Assembly (NCBI GenBank): GCA_964016885.1
Contig: OZ024755.1
Coordinates: 27,032,001 to 27,096,000 of the forward strand
Reading direction: 5' to 3'
Origin: Eledone cirrhosa
Taxonomy: Eukaryota
Length of the DNA: 64,000 nt
This document shows, piece by piece, positions 25,171 through 38,167 of the stretch. Below the pieces are notes generated by a model. The model saw only the letters and a list, made by a program, of their open reading frames with translations. It was not told the origin of the DNA and searched no databases. The translations under genes and the position numbers were made by a program. Every line of letters starts with the position of its first letter. Within the stretch, counting starts at the first letter, position 1.

Positions 25171-27198
25171 GTATATATATGTATACACACACACATACTT
25201 AAAGTTCAATACTTGCTAGCAAGAAAATTAAATCAGCCCTGCTGGAGCAGATCTGTGGTCAAGGTTGTTCCAGCAGAGATCATCCCATTTTTTTTGTATA
25301 TCATCGAATACATTATCCAATATATTCTTCCTTATTTAAAACATGACATATGATTTGAGAAAGATTTCATTGCTTTTTCTAGCAAGTCAAGCAGCTACAG
25401 AGAAGCTTCTTTGTTAGTTTTAATGAAATATTTTTTACATAGGATTGTCCCAATACTTAGTATGTGGGAGATACAGAATGAAACATTTTGTCTGTGAATA
25501 AGGAAGATTGATAGTGTCATTTTGTTTGCAAGTTAGCGCCCCCTCCTCCTCCAAAAAGAAATGTTTATACGCTACATTCTCAGCTCTGTTTATTTAGAAT
25601 ATCATTTCACATATGTTTTCCAGACAATGAGAGAAGAGAAATGCTTTGGGACATTTTCTTCTAATTTCTTAGATTAGTTAATAATAGAACATATTGAAAT
25701 TAAATCAATTTATTTGACTATACATACATATCAAATTTGCACACTTGTTAAAGCATCCAATTAAATGCTTCTTGGTGTTTGTTTGGGCTCCTGGTGATAT
25801 GAGTTCAAATTTTACTGAGGTTAGTTTTTATATTTCATCTTTTCAGGCTCAATAATTAAAGTGATGGGTTGTTACTTTGTGGCATCGGTTTTGGCCCTTT
25901 ACATTCTGGTACCACGTACATCATCACTGGTACCAACCTGTATTGGTATTTGCTTTTCTTTGGGATAACATCAATGTCAGAAAGAAGAGAGACTTGCATG
26001 CATGGGTGACTGCTTGTCTGTCGTAAAAACAAACAAACAAACAAAAATCACATTGTCTGGGCTTGATCTGTGGAGAGGGATTATCCAGATGTAGAGCTTT
26101 TATCTTACAGGGGCTCATATATCTTCCCACTCTAACAATGACTTTGTGAATTTCTAAAAACATGTCTTCTTTTCTTGGTTTCTGTTTTTGAACTGCAACT
26201 GTACTGGGTGCATAACCTTGAAGTATTTTACTGTTATATCTTGGGACTTATTTTAAGTTGTCCTTTTAGAGATTTATCTCGCTTTAATGAATTTAAATAT
26301 AAGGCATTTACAACTATACACAGACGTCGGATAGAATGCTTTATGGTATTTGTTTCAGCTCTCTGTGGTCTGAGTTCAAGTCCTGCCGAGGTCAACATTT
26401 GCCTTTCCTCCTTTCGAGGTCGATAAAAAAAAATGTATCGGTCTAGTACTGGGGTTGATTCTTCCTCTATATCTCTTTCTCATTTCTCTGGAAAAAATCT
26501 GCTGTACTGAAGCCTGGAGAAGGATGGGCTCCGCCAGGCTTAAAATGCCCAAGAAACCCTGTATGTCAATATGGTGCCCCTACGAATTTATCAGGAGTTA
26601 CGGGACTAAAAGAAAAAAAAACAGCCACATGCACATACACAAAACCATACTTGCACACACAAACATATGTATATACAGCTTCTGGTAGTTTTGTAGAAAT
26701 CAATCGAACCAAGAGCCACTTGGTTGCAAAGCAAGCCTCTTACCCACATTGTAATGCCTGCACCCATCAATGTATCTTAATTTTAAGTTTTATAGTCTTA
26801 TATAAAGACCAGTGTTTGTTATAGTTTATATTATTTAAACTATTTATAGTTTATATTATTCAGATGTATGAATAGTATTTAATTTCCTTCTGTACCCTTT
26901 CCATTCAGTGAACAAAACTGCCATTGTATTTTTGTAAGTTCTCACCTCTAACATTCACATATTTTATTTTGTATAATCTCTTCCAGGTTTTCAGCTTTCA
27001 TATGTGTTCTGAAGGGTTTTGTAATGGGAATTAGGCCAATAGTTTGTATAAATTCTTATTGTTAATCAGTCCCATACAAGACAAATAAATGTAATTGTGT
27101 TTTCAAAATAGATTATTTCCTCACACATAATGGTTTTCTGTAGTTGGTGTTAGTCTGGACTGCTTGTCTCTGAAATTTGAACCTGTTTTTGTCCTTAA

Positions 27199-27704
27199 TC
27201 CTTTAGCATTTAAACCGGATGTATCCGGCCAGAATTCCCTCACCTCTTTCTGTTCAAACTGGCTGTATCCGGCCAGAATTCCTTCACTTCTTTCTGTTCA
27301 AACCGGCTGTAACTAGCCCCGCATACTGATGTTAAGGTATTGTTCGCAAAATAAATATCAAAATCTCATAAATTCGATATTATGTGAGATAGAGCCTTTA
27401 CTGCAAAAATATAATAGTATATATAGAGTAATGTAATTGCTAAAGGGTTAAGGGTATTTTACTGATTTTTTTTTTTTTTTTTTTATCCTTTAGCATTTAA
27501 ACCAGACATATCTGGCCAGAATTCTTTCACCTCTTTCTGCTCAAACTTATGTTAAGGTACTGTTCTCAAAATAAATAATATCAAACTCTCCTAGATTCGA
27601 TATCATGTGAGATATTCATATGAGATATTTATGTGATACAAAGTGTTTACCATGAAAAAACAATAGGAAATATATTCTAATCGTTTAATGTCCATGCTAA
27701 AGGG
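27199..27704. mobile_element. Two adjacent piggyBac-type MITE P1 copies (27199-27447, 27486-27704)
   Basis: P1 TIRs and body; the first has a short internal duplication. Confidence 0.8.
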
Positions 27705-29164
27705 TTAAAGCTATTATTATTTACAGCAATTTCTCTGTTTGGATGCTAACATTTCAAATTATCCAATTGCCTTGATAAAATTTGTTTATTTCTGGCTCTA
27801 TCCACAAAGCTGTTATATTTAGCACCTAATTTGGACAGAGACTGTTGCCAGCTGCCGTTTGTGTAGTGGTAACGGACTCTGTTGGAATTCAAGAGACATG
27901 GACTTCCAATCTCTTTAGTGACTGCTGGGTCATTTTTTCTGCCTCTAAGGGTATTTTACCTGATTTTCTAAAGCTATTATTATTATTGTTCATAGTGATA
28001 TGTGCCTTTGGATTTCAACATTTCAAATATGTGTATGTATATGTATCATCCTCATCATCATTGTTTAACATTCATCTTCCACGCTAGCATAGGTTGGATG
28101 GGTTTGTCCCATTCGAGGCAAGATTGGTCGGGTGACTGTGTCTCGCTCGTACAGAACTGTTTCTGGCAGGTTTTCTACGGCTGGATGTCCTTCCTAACAC
28201 CAACCACATTTACAGTGTGGGCTAGGAGCCTTTTTTACAGTGTCTCCTACACACACATACTCTCTCTCTCCCTCACACACACACACATCTATATATATAT
28301 ATCAGGGAAATCGGATGTTAAATGATGATGATGATATATGATGATTATTTTTAGAAACTGAAGTTTCTTGATTGATAACTCTGATTTTCCTGTTTCGGAT
28401 TGTATAAATGATTAATGAAGGGTATCAGTTCGACTGATATAAGCAAAAATATTTGAAAACACATCAAAATATTATTGGATTATTGTACATCAAGATTTGA
28501 TTGATTGCTTGGCAATAAATAAACAAACAAACAAACATTAGAAAATACATATTTTCATCTATTCATTCCCAAGTTTAGAAACATATTTTCATATATTCAC
28601 ATGCAAAATTATCCTGAACCTCATCTCTTCAGTACATGCTCAAAAAGCACATGAGTAGGGGTAGAGTGCCTTGTAGATGAATGTTTTGAAATATGAGACA
28701 ATTTCAATTAATATTGCAGAGTATGAATTCATTTTGTATGAAATATGTCTGCAGGAATTCAACAATTCAGATGTTTTATTCAAATTTACAAAAGGCTGCA
28801 ATGGAGCGTTATATTTCTCTGAACGATAGCGATCATACATTTTGGAGCCATTTATGCAGGGAGCTGTATATTTTATAATGGACCACATGGTCTTACAATT
28901 GTTAATAAAACATCAGGTATATTTGCATAGTAATGTACTAAGGCATTTTTGTTGTGTGTGTCTACAATGTATACATATGTTGTGAGAATCTTTTTTTAAA
29001 AAGGAATTTCTGTGAAGCCTGTATAACGTTTTGTTTCACTGTTAGATACTTTACGATGCTTTACTTTTAAAAAATCAATGCTTTAGAAAGGTACATAACT
29101 TTAAGTGTACAGCAGGTAAAGCAGATGTGAAAATGATGATATATGTGTGTGTATATATATATAT

Positions 29165-29548
29165 GGAGGTACATGGCTTAGTGGTTAGAGCATTGGCCTT
29201 GCAATTGAAAGGTTGTGAGTTCAATTCTCAGACCGAGTGATGTGTTGTGTCCTTGAGCAAGACATTTTATTTCACATTGCTCCAGTTTACTCAGCTGTAG
29301 AAATGAGATGATAGGGACTGGGGTCCCTATCATTCCATTGCAAAGTGGTCGTAGAGGTGCCATGGCAAAAAAGCACCCAGCTCACACTGTAAAGTGGACA
29401 TGTAGGCGCCACGGAAAAAAAGCACCCAGCACTCACTGTAAATGAGGTTGGTGTTAGGAAGAGCATCCAGCTGTAGAAATCAAGCCAGACTCAGTTCCCG
29501 TCCCACCCTTGCAAGCAGGGAAAAGCGAACGTAAAATGATGATGATGA
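29165..29548 (+). mobile_element. SINE family B with one extra internal module
   Basis: Colinear with 12547-12877 plus an additional CACACTGTAAAGTGG..AGCACCCAGC unit. Confidence 0.88.
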
Positions 29549-29554
29549 TATATA

Positions 29555-29592
29555 CGAGCTGAAGATCCGCTAAGGTGAAACAATTGTTCTCG
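29555..29592 (+). ncRNA. Minimal type I hammerhead ribozyme motif (Penelope-type)
   Basis: CGAG-CTGAAGA-tCCgctaaGGt-GAAA-CAATTG-TT-CTCG: stem I, CUGANGA core, short stem II, GAAA, palindromic stem III, GUU site. Confidence 0.65.
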
Positions 29593-29924
29593 GTATGGTG
29601 AACTAACTGTTGTGTTTCTACTTATATATATATATATATATATAAGTATCAACACTTATATATGTGTCAACAACTGGGGGCCTTTCACTCTCAGGTGAAA
29701 AAAAAAAACAAAAAAAAAACTACTATTTGGATGACCGCTGAGTTCCTCCGACTCTCGCCAGGTCTTGTATTTCATCCCACAGGGTATCCAAATATCACCC
29801 TCCTCACCAAGCTAGCTTGGTGGGGTTGCCAGTTTAGTCGCCGACGACCCGACCATGAGACAGGTTGTACTGGGTTACATGTTACCAGTAGCACTCGAGA
29901 GCGACCTTAACAACATATATATAT

Positions 29925-30170
29925 ATCATCATCATCATCATCTTCGTTTAATGTCCATCTTCCACGCTAGCATGGGTTAGACGAGAGTTGTCCCACTTGA
30001 GGCAAGGTAGGTCGGGTGACCGTGTCTCGCTCATATAGGACTATCTGGCAGGTTTTCTACGGCTGGATGCCCTTCCTAACACCAACCACATTTACAGTGT
30101 GGAACTGGGAACTTTTTACCGTGTTACCTACATGGCCACATTACAGCGTGGACTGTGTGTTTTTTTTTTT
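29925..30170 (-). mobile_element. RTE LINE 1 3' UTR fragment
   Basis: Reverse complement of about 24940-25170; similar tails at 9172-9330, 28045-28240, 39304-39625, 50470-50768, 59068-59257. Confidence 0.85.
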
Positions 30171-30679
30171 TTTAATGTATATATATATATATATATATAA
30201 TATATGTGTGTGTGTATGTATATATGTATCTATATATCTAGCTAATGACAGTACCTTGGGAAACACCTGTGTTTGTTCTTGTCATATGTATTGCTATTGT
30301 CATAGTTCCACTCATTATTCTTGTTGCCATTGTTGGTTGCTTTTGGTTCCGATCTCTTAACTATTCATTCACACCCTTTTCCACAGCATTGATTCCTGCT
30401 GGAGTCCTATCTCAATTTCCTTCTCACACTTAATATAGTCTACACTACCTTCAGACCAGCTTTGCTGTTTCCTTTAATTATTTAACCCTAGCTCAACTTT
30501 GCCTGAGTAAACTTTTACACAGTTTTATTTTCAGATATAGTCTGTTTAGGACTACATTATCAAATCCAAGCTTTTTCTTCTTCTTTATTTTGAAAGACTG
30601 AACCCCATGATTGTAATACAAGGGCTATTTGTGTGCCTAAGGTGCTTATATAATGTTACAATAAGGAGGATGTATATAG

Positions 30680-31036
30680 CAGAGATTCTCAAACTTTTAG
30701 ACCCACTGCCCCCCCCCCCCTCCTCAAGACCATGAAATACCCTTAGCGCCCTCTATTTCCAGAGAGACTTGCCTACATGCAAATTATATATAATAAATAA
30801 AATCGTTAATTTATATATAATAAATAATATAATATATACTATGTATAAATAGATATATATATTTTTTATTTTACTATATTTTTATATAATATATATATAT
30901 TTTTATATATGTATCATTTGATATTTAATATACTCTTATATCATCTCTAACCCCACCGACCCTTTTAGGCCTCAGCGCCCCTGGGCCTTCTCAAGACCCC
31001 CCCCCCCCCACACACACACACACTTGTGAACCTCTG
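30680..31036. mobile_element. hAT-type MITE H2
   Basis: TIRs CAGAGATTCTCAAA / TTGTGAACCTCTG; TSD GTATATAG/ATATATAG. Confidence 0.8.
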
Positions 31037-31952
31037 ATATATAGAATATTTTTGCTACTTGCTCAAATGTATGAAGCAAAGGTCATATGCATGTTTGCAT
31101 ATGGTATTTTAGTTCATTCTCCATAACTCCTACCTACATAATCTGGACTTTCCTTGATTAATAGTTGTAATCTCTAAAGAAATAACTAGGAGTCTCTTTT
31201 TAATCATTTGGAGCTCTGTTATCCCTTGTCATTTTGTGGTAGTTCATTTTTTTCTATAGTTCTTAATGTCCATATTTACACCGGTTGTTCAGTATCACTG
31301 TGTAATTCTGCAGGTCTGCCATGTGTGAGGTCATTAAACTCTAGCTTAGGAATAACGGTGTAAATGGTTAAGATTAATCATTATATGGTAGCACGAACAC
31401 GTGGAGCATACTTCGTTGTTGTTCACATGATCAAGGACATTCAGGACTCATTGTTGTTGCAGCAATAATGACAACAACAGATCACGACCACCACCACCAC
31501 CACCACCATCATCATTGCTGTTCTCACCATCATCTCCCCAACCCCATCATCATCACTTACCAGCATTCGCAATTTTAATGTTTATGTTAATTATAAAAGA
31601 CTGTTCATTCACTAGAACTTGTTACTATAGTAACTGCATTGCATAAAGGTGAAGCAGTCTTGTGTGAAATATTATAATTGGAGAGAAGTGTTTGTAACTA
31701 ATGTTAGTCACATTAAATAGGATGAAAGAGATATTTTAATGATGATGATGATGGTGAATTATAATTAGAATTTTATTCAATTCTTAAATCTTTCACCTTT
31801 AGATGGGTTGATAGTATCAGCAATGGAAAGACTAATGGGAACATTGATTCCTCGGTCCAATTTGATGAGTTCCACCTCATTTGATACCCGAATGAGGTCT
31901 GGGATATTGTTGATCGATTCGATCAATTGATTTATTTTAATTGTAACTAGCC

Positions 31953-32700
31953 CACACTGTAGAGTGGTCTAGTAGGTGTCATGACAAAAGGCACCCAGTA
32001 CACACTGTAGAGTGGTCTAGTAGGTGTCATTACAAAAAGCACCTAGTACACACTGTAGAGTGGTCTAGTAGGTGTCATTACAAAAAGCACCTAGTACACA
32101 CTGTAGAGTGGTCTAGTAGGTGTCATGACAAAAGACACCCAGTACACACTGTAGAGTGGTCTAGTAGGTGTCATTACAAAAAGCACCTGGTACACACTGT
32201 AGAGTGGTCTAGTAGGTGTCATTACAAAAAGCACCTAGTACACACTGTAGAGTGGTCTAGTAGGTGTCATTACAAAAAGCACCCAGTACTCACTGTAGAG
32301 TGGTCTAGTAGGTGTCATTACAAAAAGCACCTAGTACACATTGTAGAGTGGTCTAGTAGGTGTCATGACAAAAAGCACCTAGTACACATTGTAGAGTGGT
32401 CTAGTAGGTGTCATGACAAAAAGCACCTAGTACTCACTATAGAGTGGTCTAGTAGGTGTCTTTACAAAAAGCACCTAGTACTCACTGTAGAGTGATCTAG
32501 TAGCTGTCATGACAAAAAGCACCCAGCACACACTGAAAAGTGGTTGGCATTAGGAAGAGCATCCAACTGTAGAAACCAAATCAAAATCTGTTCTATGTGA
32601 GCGAAACACTGTTCTCCGATCTGATCTTCCTCAAAAGGACAGCCTGTCCAACCCATGCTAGCCAGGAAAATGGACATTAAACAATGATGATGGTGATGAT
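31953..32700 (+). repeat. 48-bp module array (12 copies) attached to an RTE-type tail
   Basis: Unit CACACTGTAGAGTGGTCTAGTAGGTGTCATKACAAAAAGCACCYAGTA over 31953-32528, then TTAGGAAGAGCATCC..CCCATGCTAGC..(GAT)n. Confidence 0.92.
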
Positions 32701-32825
32701 TCCTTGCTATAGAAATTTGACCATTATTTGACTCCCCATTATGTACTAAAGCAGAGTAAAGTACCAGTAATACACTGGATAATTGCTGGCCTTGTGCCAA
32801 AGGTAGAAACAATTATGTACTAAAG

Positions 32826-33106
32826 CAGAGGTTGCCACACTTTTTAGGCCACTTAATACCCTCAGCGCCCGACCCCTATTTCCAGAAAGACCTACCTACA
32901 TGCAAATTGTAAATAATATATAATAAATAAAATCGTTATACTATGTATAAATAAATATATATTTTTTATTTTACTATATTTATATATATGTATCATTTGA
33001 TTTTTAATATACTATTATATCATCTCTACCACCCCTTAGACCCCCAGCGGCCCCTGGACCTTCTCAAGGCTTCCCCGGGCAGTAGTGCCCACGTTGAGAA
33101 TCTCTG
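32826..33106. mobile_element. hAT-type MITE H2
   Basis: Body colinear with 48414-48705; TIRs degenerate. Confidence 0.7.
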
Positions 33107-33449
33107 CTCTACACAATCTCATGATTTGTTTGAAACCACTGCTAAATTATTCCTAAATCACATTTGTTATCGTATAGAAGACAGAGCACATTGGACAATA
33201 TCCTACTAGATAAACTGTGTTCAAGAAACAAAGATTGGAAGGTCACTGCTACAATGCCTTTGATCACAGGCTGTCACTTCTTATTTTGAGTTAAACAACA
33301 AATGTATACTAGTGGACAAGAAATGTATACTAGTCAACATTTTCAGTATTAGAATAAAGACTAACTTTTCATGTGATGTAGTCATTGTGCTGTTTTATAC
33401 TTTTCAAGAATGTCTTGCTAATGATGTTTTTTATAGTAGAGAACATTAA

Positions 33450-33670
33450 TCCATTAGCATTTGAACCGGCCATACCCGGCCAGAATTCTCTCACCTCTCT
33501 CTGTTCAAACTGGTTGTAACCGGCCACTCATACTGACACTAAGGTAATTTTCTCAAAATAAATAATATCAAAATCTCATAGATTTGATATTATGTGAGAT
33601 AATTATGCGAGGTAAAGCCTTTACTGCGAAAATATAATAGCATATATAGAGTAGTGTAAATACTAAAAAG
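33450..33670. mobile_element. piggyBac-type MITE P1
   Basis: TTAA flanks and P1 body. Confidence 0.8.
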
Positions 33671-34004
33671 TTAAGAGTTAAAGTTCTTAAAATGTTAGTT
33701 TCTGTGATTATAAGTTTAACAAAGTTGGTATCTATATATCTATCTACTTGGTTTTGCTATAACAATGATAAACACACAAAATCCACTCCTGTTAGAAAGA
33801 ACTCTCAAATTAATTCTATATTTAATAGGACAATTGCAATTAGAAATTGATTTAACAATGACAGCAGATTTTTTATATTATTATTTACTATCATTAGCAT
33901 TTTTTCTCTTTGCTTTTCCACTGTTACCATATTTTTAATGAAATACACTATTTGAATTGATTACTGTAGAATTTGGAGATTTACTAAAATGATTGTTTCT
34001 TTAA

Positions 34005-34215
34005 CCCTTTAGCATTTAGATTACTCTATATTTACTATTGTATTTTTGTGGTAAAGGCTTTACCTCACATAATTATCTCACATAATATCGAATCTATAAG
34101 ATTTTAATATTATTTATTTTGAGTACAATATCTTAACATCAGTATGAGCAGCCAGTTTGAACAGAAAGAGGTGAGAGAATTTTGGCCAGATATGGCTGGT
34201 TTCAATGCTAAAGAG
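34005..34215. mobile_element. piggyBac-type MITE P1 (opposite orientation)
   Basis: TTAA flanks and reversed P1 body; further copies at about 34410-34490 and 35500-35910. Confidence 0.8.
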
Positions 34216-35131
34216 TTAAGGTGGGAAAAGCTTTGTGGGTAAAATAGATTAGCCAGAACCCATACGACTGCCTATCACATAAACTGTTTCTGTAATTCAA
34301 AAGGCTTGTCACACAACATCACATTGAGTATGTCTAAAGATATTATATTAGCAGGAAAAGCATCTGTGAATATACTCAACCACTTTACTATAATTCAATG
34401 AGTAAAGTATGAGAGGCTGGTTACAGTCGGTTTGAACAGAAAGAGGTGAGAGAATTCTGTTCGGATACGGCTGGTTTAAATGCTAAAGGGTTAAGTTGGG
34501 GTATGTAACATAGCATAATAAAAGGTTCTTATATCAAATTATGTTGAAAGATTTTAATTTAGATAAGAACCCTTTAAAATCAGTGATTCCATTTCATAAA
34601 ACCAGAGGCAGATTTGGGTGGTTGTTATCAAAAGGGTTAAAATTCCCGACTAAATGCAGCTGGATGCTACCAAGAACAAAATAAACTTTTATCAAAAAAT
34701 AGCCTGCTGAACTATAAAGTTTTGGCCTTGTTAATTTTTAGTATTGTAGTTTCTTTGTTTTTTATATTTAAGTTAATTATCTTAGTGATAATATAAATTA
34801 TTTATATTAAAAGTTACCACCCAGCATCTAATGATATTATACAGTTGTTCTTACAACTGATATGTATAGTACGATAAACAATTGTTTACAGTCACCAGTG
34901 CAGATTGCTCTTATATTTCTACTAATTGGTACCGGCAGTTGTTTGGTACAAGCAAGTAATGTCATTGATTTGATACTATTGGGATTATTAGAATAACCAA
35001 GCTGTTGAGATAAGGAATGTTAGTGCAGGTTTGGGATATTAATGTTACTGGGGAAAGTAAACTAAGGAATCAATGGACCTTTGGAACGGATTCACTATAC
35101 TAATCTGACCAGCCATCTGTCTACTCTATTA

Positions 35132-35374
35132 ACCTTTCCATTACCATATTTCTGATGAAATAACCTGACTAAATAATCTTGAAGAATTTGTAGGGATGTA
35201 GTAATTAATGTAAGTAGCATTCTCATTCCTATGTTGGTATTTGGAACATGACTTATCAAAGGTTCTTATGTAAAATTATGTTGGAAGTCTTTTAGATTAA
35301 TATAAGCACTTTGAAATAAACAGTTTTGTATCATAGAACCAGGGTTGGTTACAAGTAAAGTGGTATTGAAATGG
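35132..35374. mobile_element. Older TTAA-flanked MITE family P2
   Basis: TTAA-CCTTTCCATTACC ... GGTATTGAAATGG-TTAA; related bodies at about 11320-11518, 34495-34640 and 40260-40511. Confidence 0.6.
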
Positions 35375-35982
35375 TTAAAGCTGATAATAGCATAAACATA
35401 TTCTAATAACACTTTTATGCGACTATCAGCTTTAACTATTTTAATACGAAACCACTAGAAACCATCCCTGGTTTTATAATAGAAAGCTGTTTATTTTAAC
35501 CCTTTACCATTTACATTACTCTGTAAATAATATTGTATTTCTGCAGTAAAGGCTTTATCTTATATAATTATCTCACATAATATAAAATCTATGAGATTTT
35601 GATATTATTCATTTTGAATACAATACCTTAACATCAGTATGAGCAGAAAACAATACCTTAATATCAGTATGAGCTACCAGTTACAGCCAGTTTGACAAGA
35701 AAGAGGTGTTTAACCCTTTAGCATTTATATTACTCTATATTTACTATTATATTTCCACACTAAAGGCTTTACCTCACATAATCATCTCATGTAATATTGA
35801 ATCCATGTGATTTTGATATCATTTAATTTGAGAACAATACCTTAAAATCAGTATGAGCAGTCGGTTACAGCCAATTCTGGCCAGATACAGCCGGTTTAAA
35901 TGCTAAGGTTCTTAAATACCTTACATGATAATTTTATATAAGAATTTTTAATTTATGCTCCAATTTAACACCAAATAGATAA

Positions 35983-36185
35983 TTGTTTCTACGTTAGGCA
36001 CAAGACCAGTAATTTTGGGAGAGGGGAAAGTCGATTAAATTGACCCCAGTGTATTACTGGTGCTTCATTTTATCGACACCATAAGGTTGAAAGGCAGAGA
36101 TTTGAACTCAGATCGTAAAGGGGCATAATCCTATGCCATAAAGCACATTGTCTGACACTCTACTGATACTGCCAATCTACTGCCC
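35983..36185 (-). mobile_element. SINE family A (long variant)
   Basis: TSD ACACCAAATAGATAAT on both sides. Confidence 0.85.
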
Positions 36186-36230
36186 TCACACCAAATAGAT
36201 AATGATATTACAAAACAAAGATTACATACA

Positions 36231-36331
36231 CAGGGAGTCCTAGAAAAATGTATACACACTTTGATTACCTGTACAAGCAATATTTATTAGAATGCTGTTG
36301 ACGTGTGTATACATTTTTGGGGGATACCCTG
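36231..36331. mobile_element. Tc1/mariner-type mini-MITE
   Basis: About 29-bp imperfect TIRs CAGGGAGTCCTAGAAAAATGTATACACAC / GTGTGTATACATTTTTGGGGGATACCCTG; TA on the right. Confidence 0.7.
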
Positions 36332-36811
36332 TATATATACATGTGTGTGTATAATATATATATATATATATATATATAGGCCTGGAGAGCACCCTCACAA
36401 CTCTATCATGAGTTACAAGACCACACACACACACACACACACACCACACACCACACACCACACACCACACACCACACACACATCACACACCACACACCAC
36501 ACACCACACACACACATTCTTGAAAATACCACCTATGATAATCATGATTACAAAATAACTGGAATATTTTCACGAATTTCAATGATGTTGATTCCAAATG
36601 TTGTTTCTGTGGCAACGGAATTTTTCATATTCTTAATATTTGAGGAATTTTTTTTTTTTTGCTTTGAAACTGAAGTTAATGAAATGGCCCAATTATTTTG
36701 TGGGGTCTATTTGGTTGTTTGTGATTGGCCCCAGGTCAATACCATTTTAACAACTCTGTGATGAAAGGCATTCAGGAAACTCTGAGTAGTAACCTCAGTA
36801 CTATAGTAAAT

Positions 36812-36881
36812 ATTAATTAATTAATTAATTAATTAATTAATTAATTAATTAATTAATATCCAATTAATTAATTAATTAATA
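36812..36881. repeat. (TTAA)n microsatellite
   Basis: Direct reading. Confidence 0.95.
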
Positions 36882-37388
36882 TCCAAACCAATATACATAT
36901 ATGTATTTATATAATTATATATAGGTTATTAGGTGGGTAACTTGTAGTCACTAGCGGCGATGCTGGTCGAAGCACTTGATGCGGTTACTGTGTCCGTCCC
37001 TCGCTATGTTGAGCTCCAGGTTTAAGGCGGCTGTATTTGCAGAGAGTATTGTTTTGGGAAAGCTGTACAAGAGTAAAAACTATAGCAGGGTCAAATAGAA
37101 AAAACAAAGCAACCATTTATACTTTTACCGTATATTTCATGATATTTTGGAGTTAGGACCCCCTTTTCAAAATAAAGGACCTAGAGTATGATAGTGATGA
37201 CAAGCAGAGAGAGAGAAAGCGAACCAGGTCACACACTCAAATAAGTATACGTTATAACAACGAAAATGAAAGTACACACAACATAAACAAGTGTGTGTGT
37301 CTGTCTGTAGTAAGGATGAGTGCAATTGTAGAATTGGTGAAATTTTTGCTTTACTATATTTAGTTGGCTATCCTGCAGCTGAGTTTAA

Positions 37389-37742
37389 CCTTTTAGCATT
37401 TAAACCGGCTATTTCCAGCCAAAATTCTCTCACGTCTTTCTATTCAAACCAGCTGTAACTGGCCAGTCATACGGATGTTAAGGTATTGTTCTCAAAATAA
37501 ACAATATTAAGATCTCATAGATTCAAGGTGGATTGGCAGTATCGGTAGAGGGTCGGACGCGATGCTTTGAAGCATAGAGTTACCTCCCTTTATGATCTGA
37601 GTTCAAATGCCGCCGAGGAAAGTACCAGTAATACACTGGGATAATTGCTGGCCTTATGCCAAAAGTAGAAACAATTATGTAAGATAATGCCTTTACCGTG
37701 AAAATGTAATAGTAAATGTAGAGTAATGTAAATGCTAAATGG
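37389..37742. mobile_element. piggyBac-type MITE P1 interrupted by SINE A (37527-37676)
   Basis: P1 left and right halves separated by an internally deleted SINE A. Confidence 0.8.
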
Positions 37743-37944
37743 TTAAAATACTGTTGTGAGTGATCTTACATTTCATCTTTCTGAAGAGGCAAGAATGAAA
37801 TGTATAGAATTCAATGAACTTTAAACCTTTTCCTCTACAAAATAGTGCACCATTCTTAGAGGAAAAAAGCCTAAAGTGCATTGGTAGAATGTTATCAGTA
37901 TTTTTGTTGTGCAATTGTTGTTGATAAATTCTCATTATTCCTTG

Positions 37945-38167
37945 AAGGGGTCGTGGGGACAGTCCTCAAACACTCGCTCCAGCGGGTCCTGTCAAAAGCA
38001 ACCGTCTTCTACTGATCTGGCTGGATCCCTAAGCATGACCAGCCAAGCTCTTGGATGTTATCTGACCATCTTGCTCGGTGTCTACTCCTGGGTCTCCTGC
38101 CTGTTAGTTTTGCCCCTAAAATCTGTCCAGTGATTCTTTCCTGAGACTTTCTAACCACATGACCATA
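37945..38167 (-). mobile_element. RTE-type LINE 3' fragment, distinct family
   Basis: Minus strand reads YGHVVR...TGRRPRSRHRARWSDNI, typical RTE C-terminus. Confidence 0.65.

Noticed and set aside
37780-37806. Hammerhead from CTGAAGA..GAAA (also at 49266)
   Set aside because: No convincing stem II or stem I pairing around the core.
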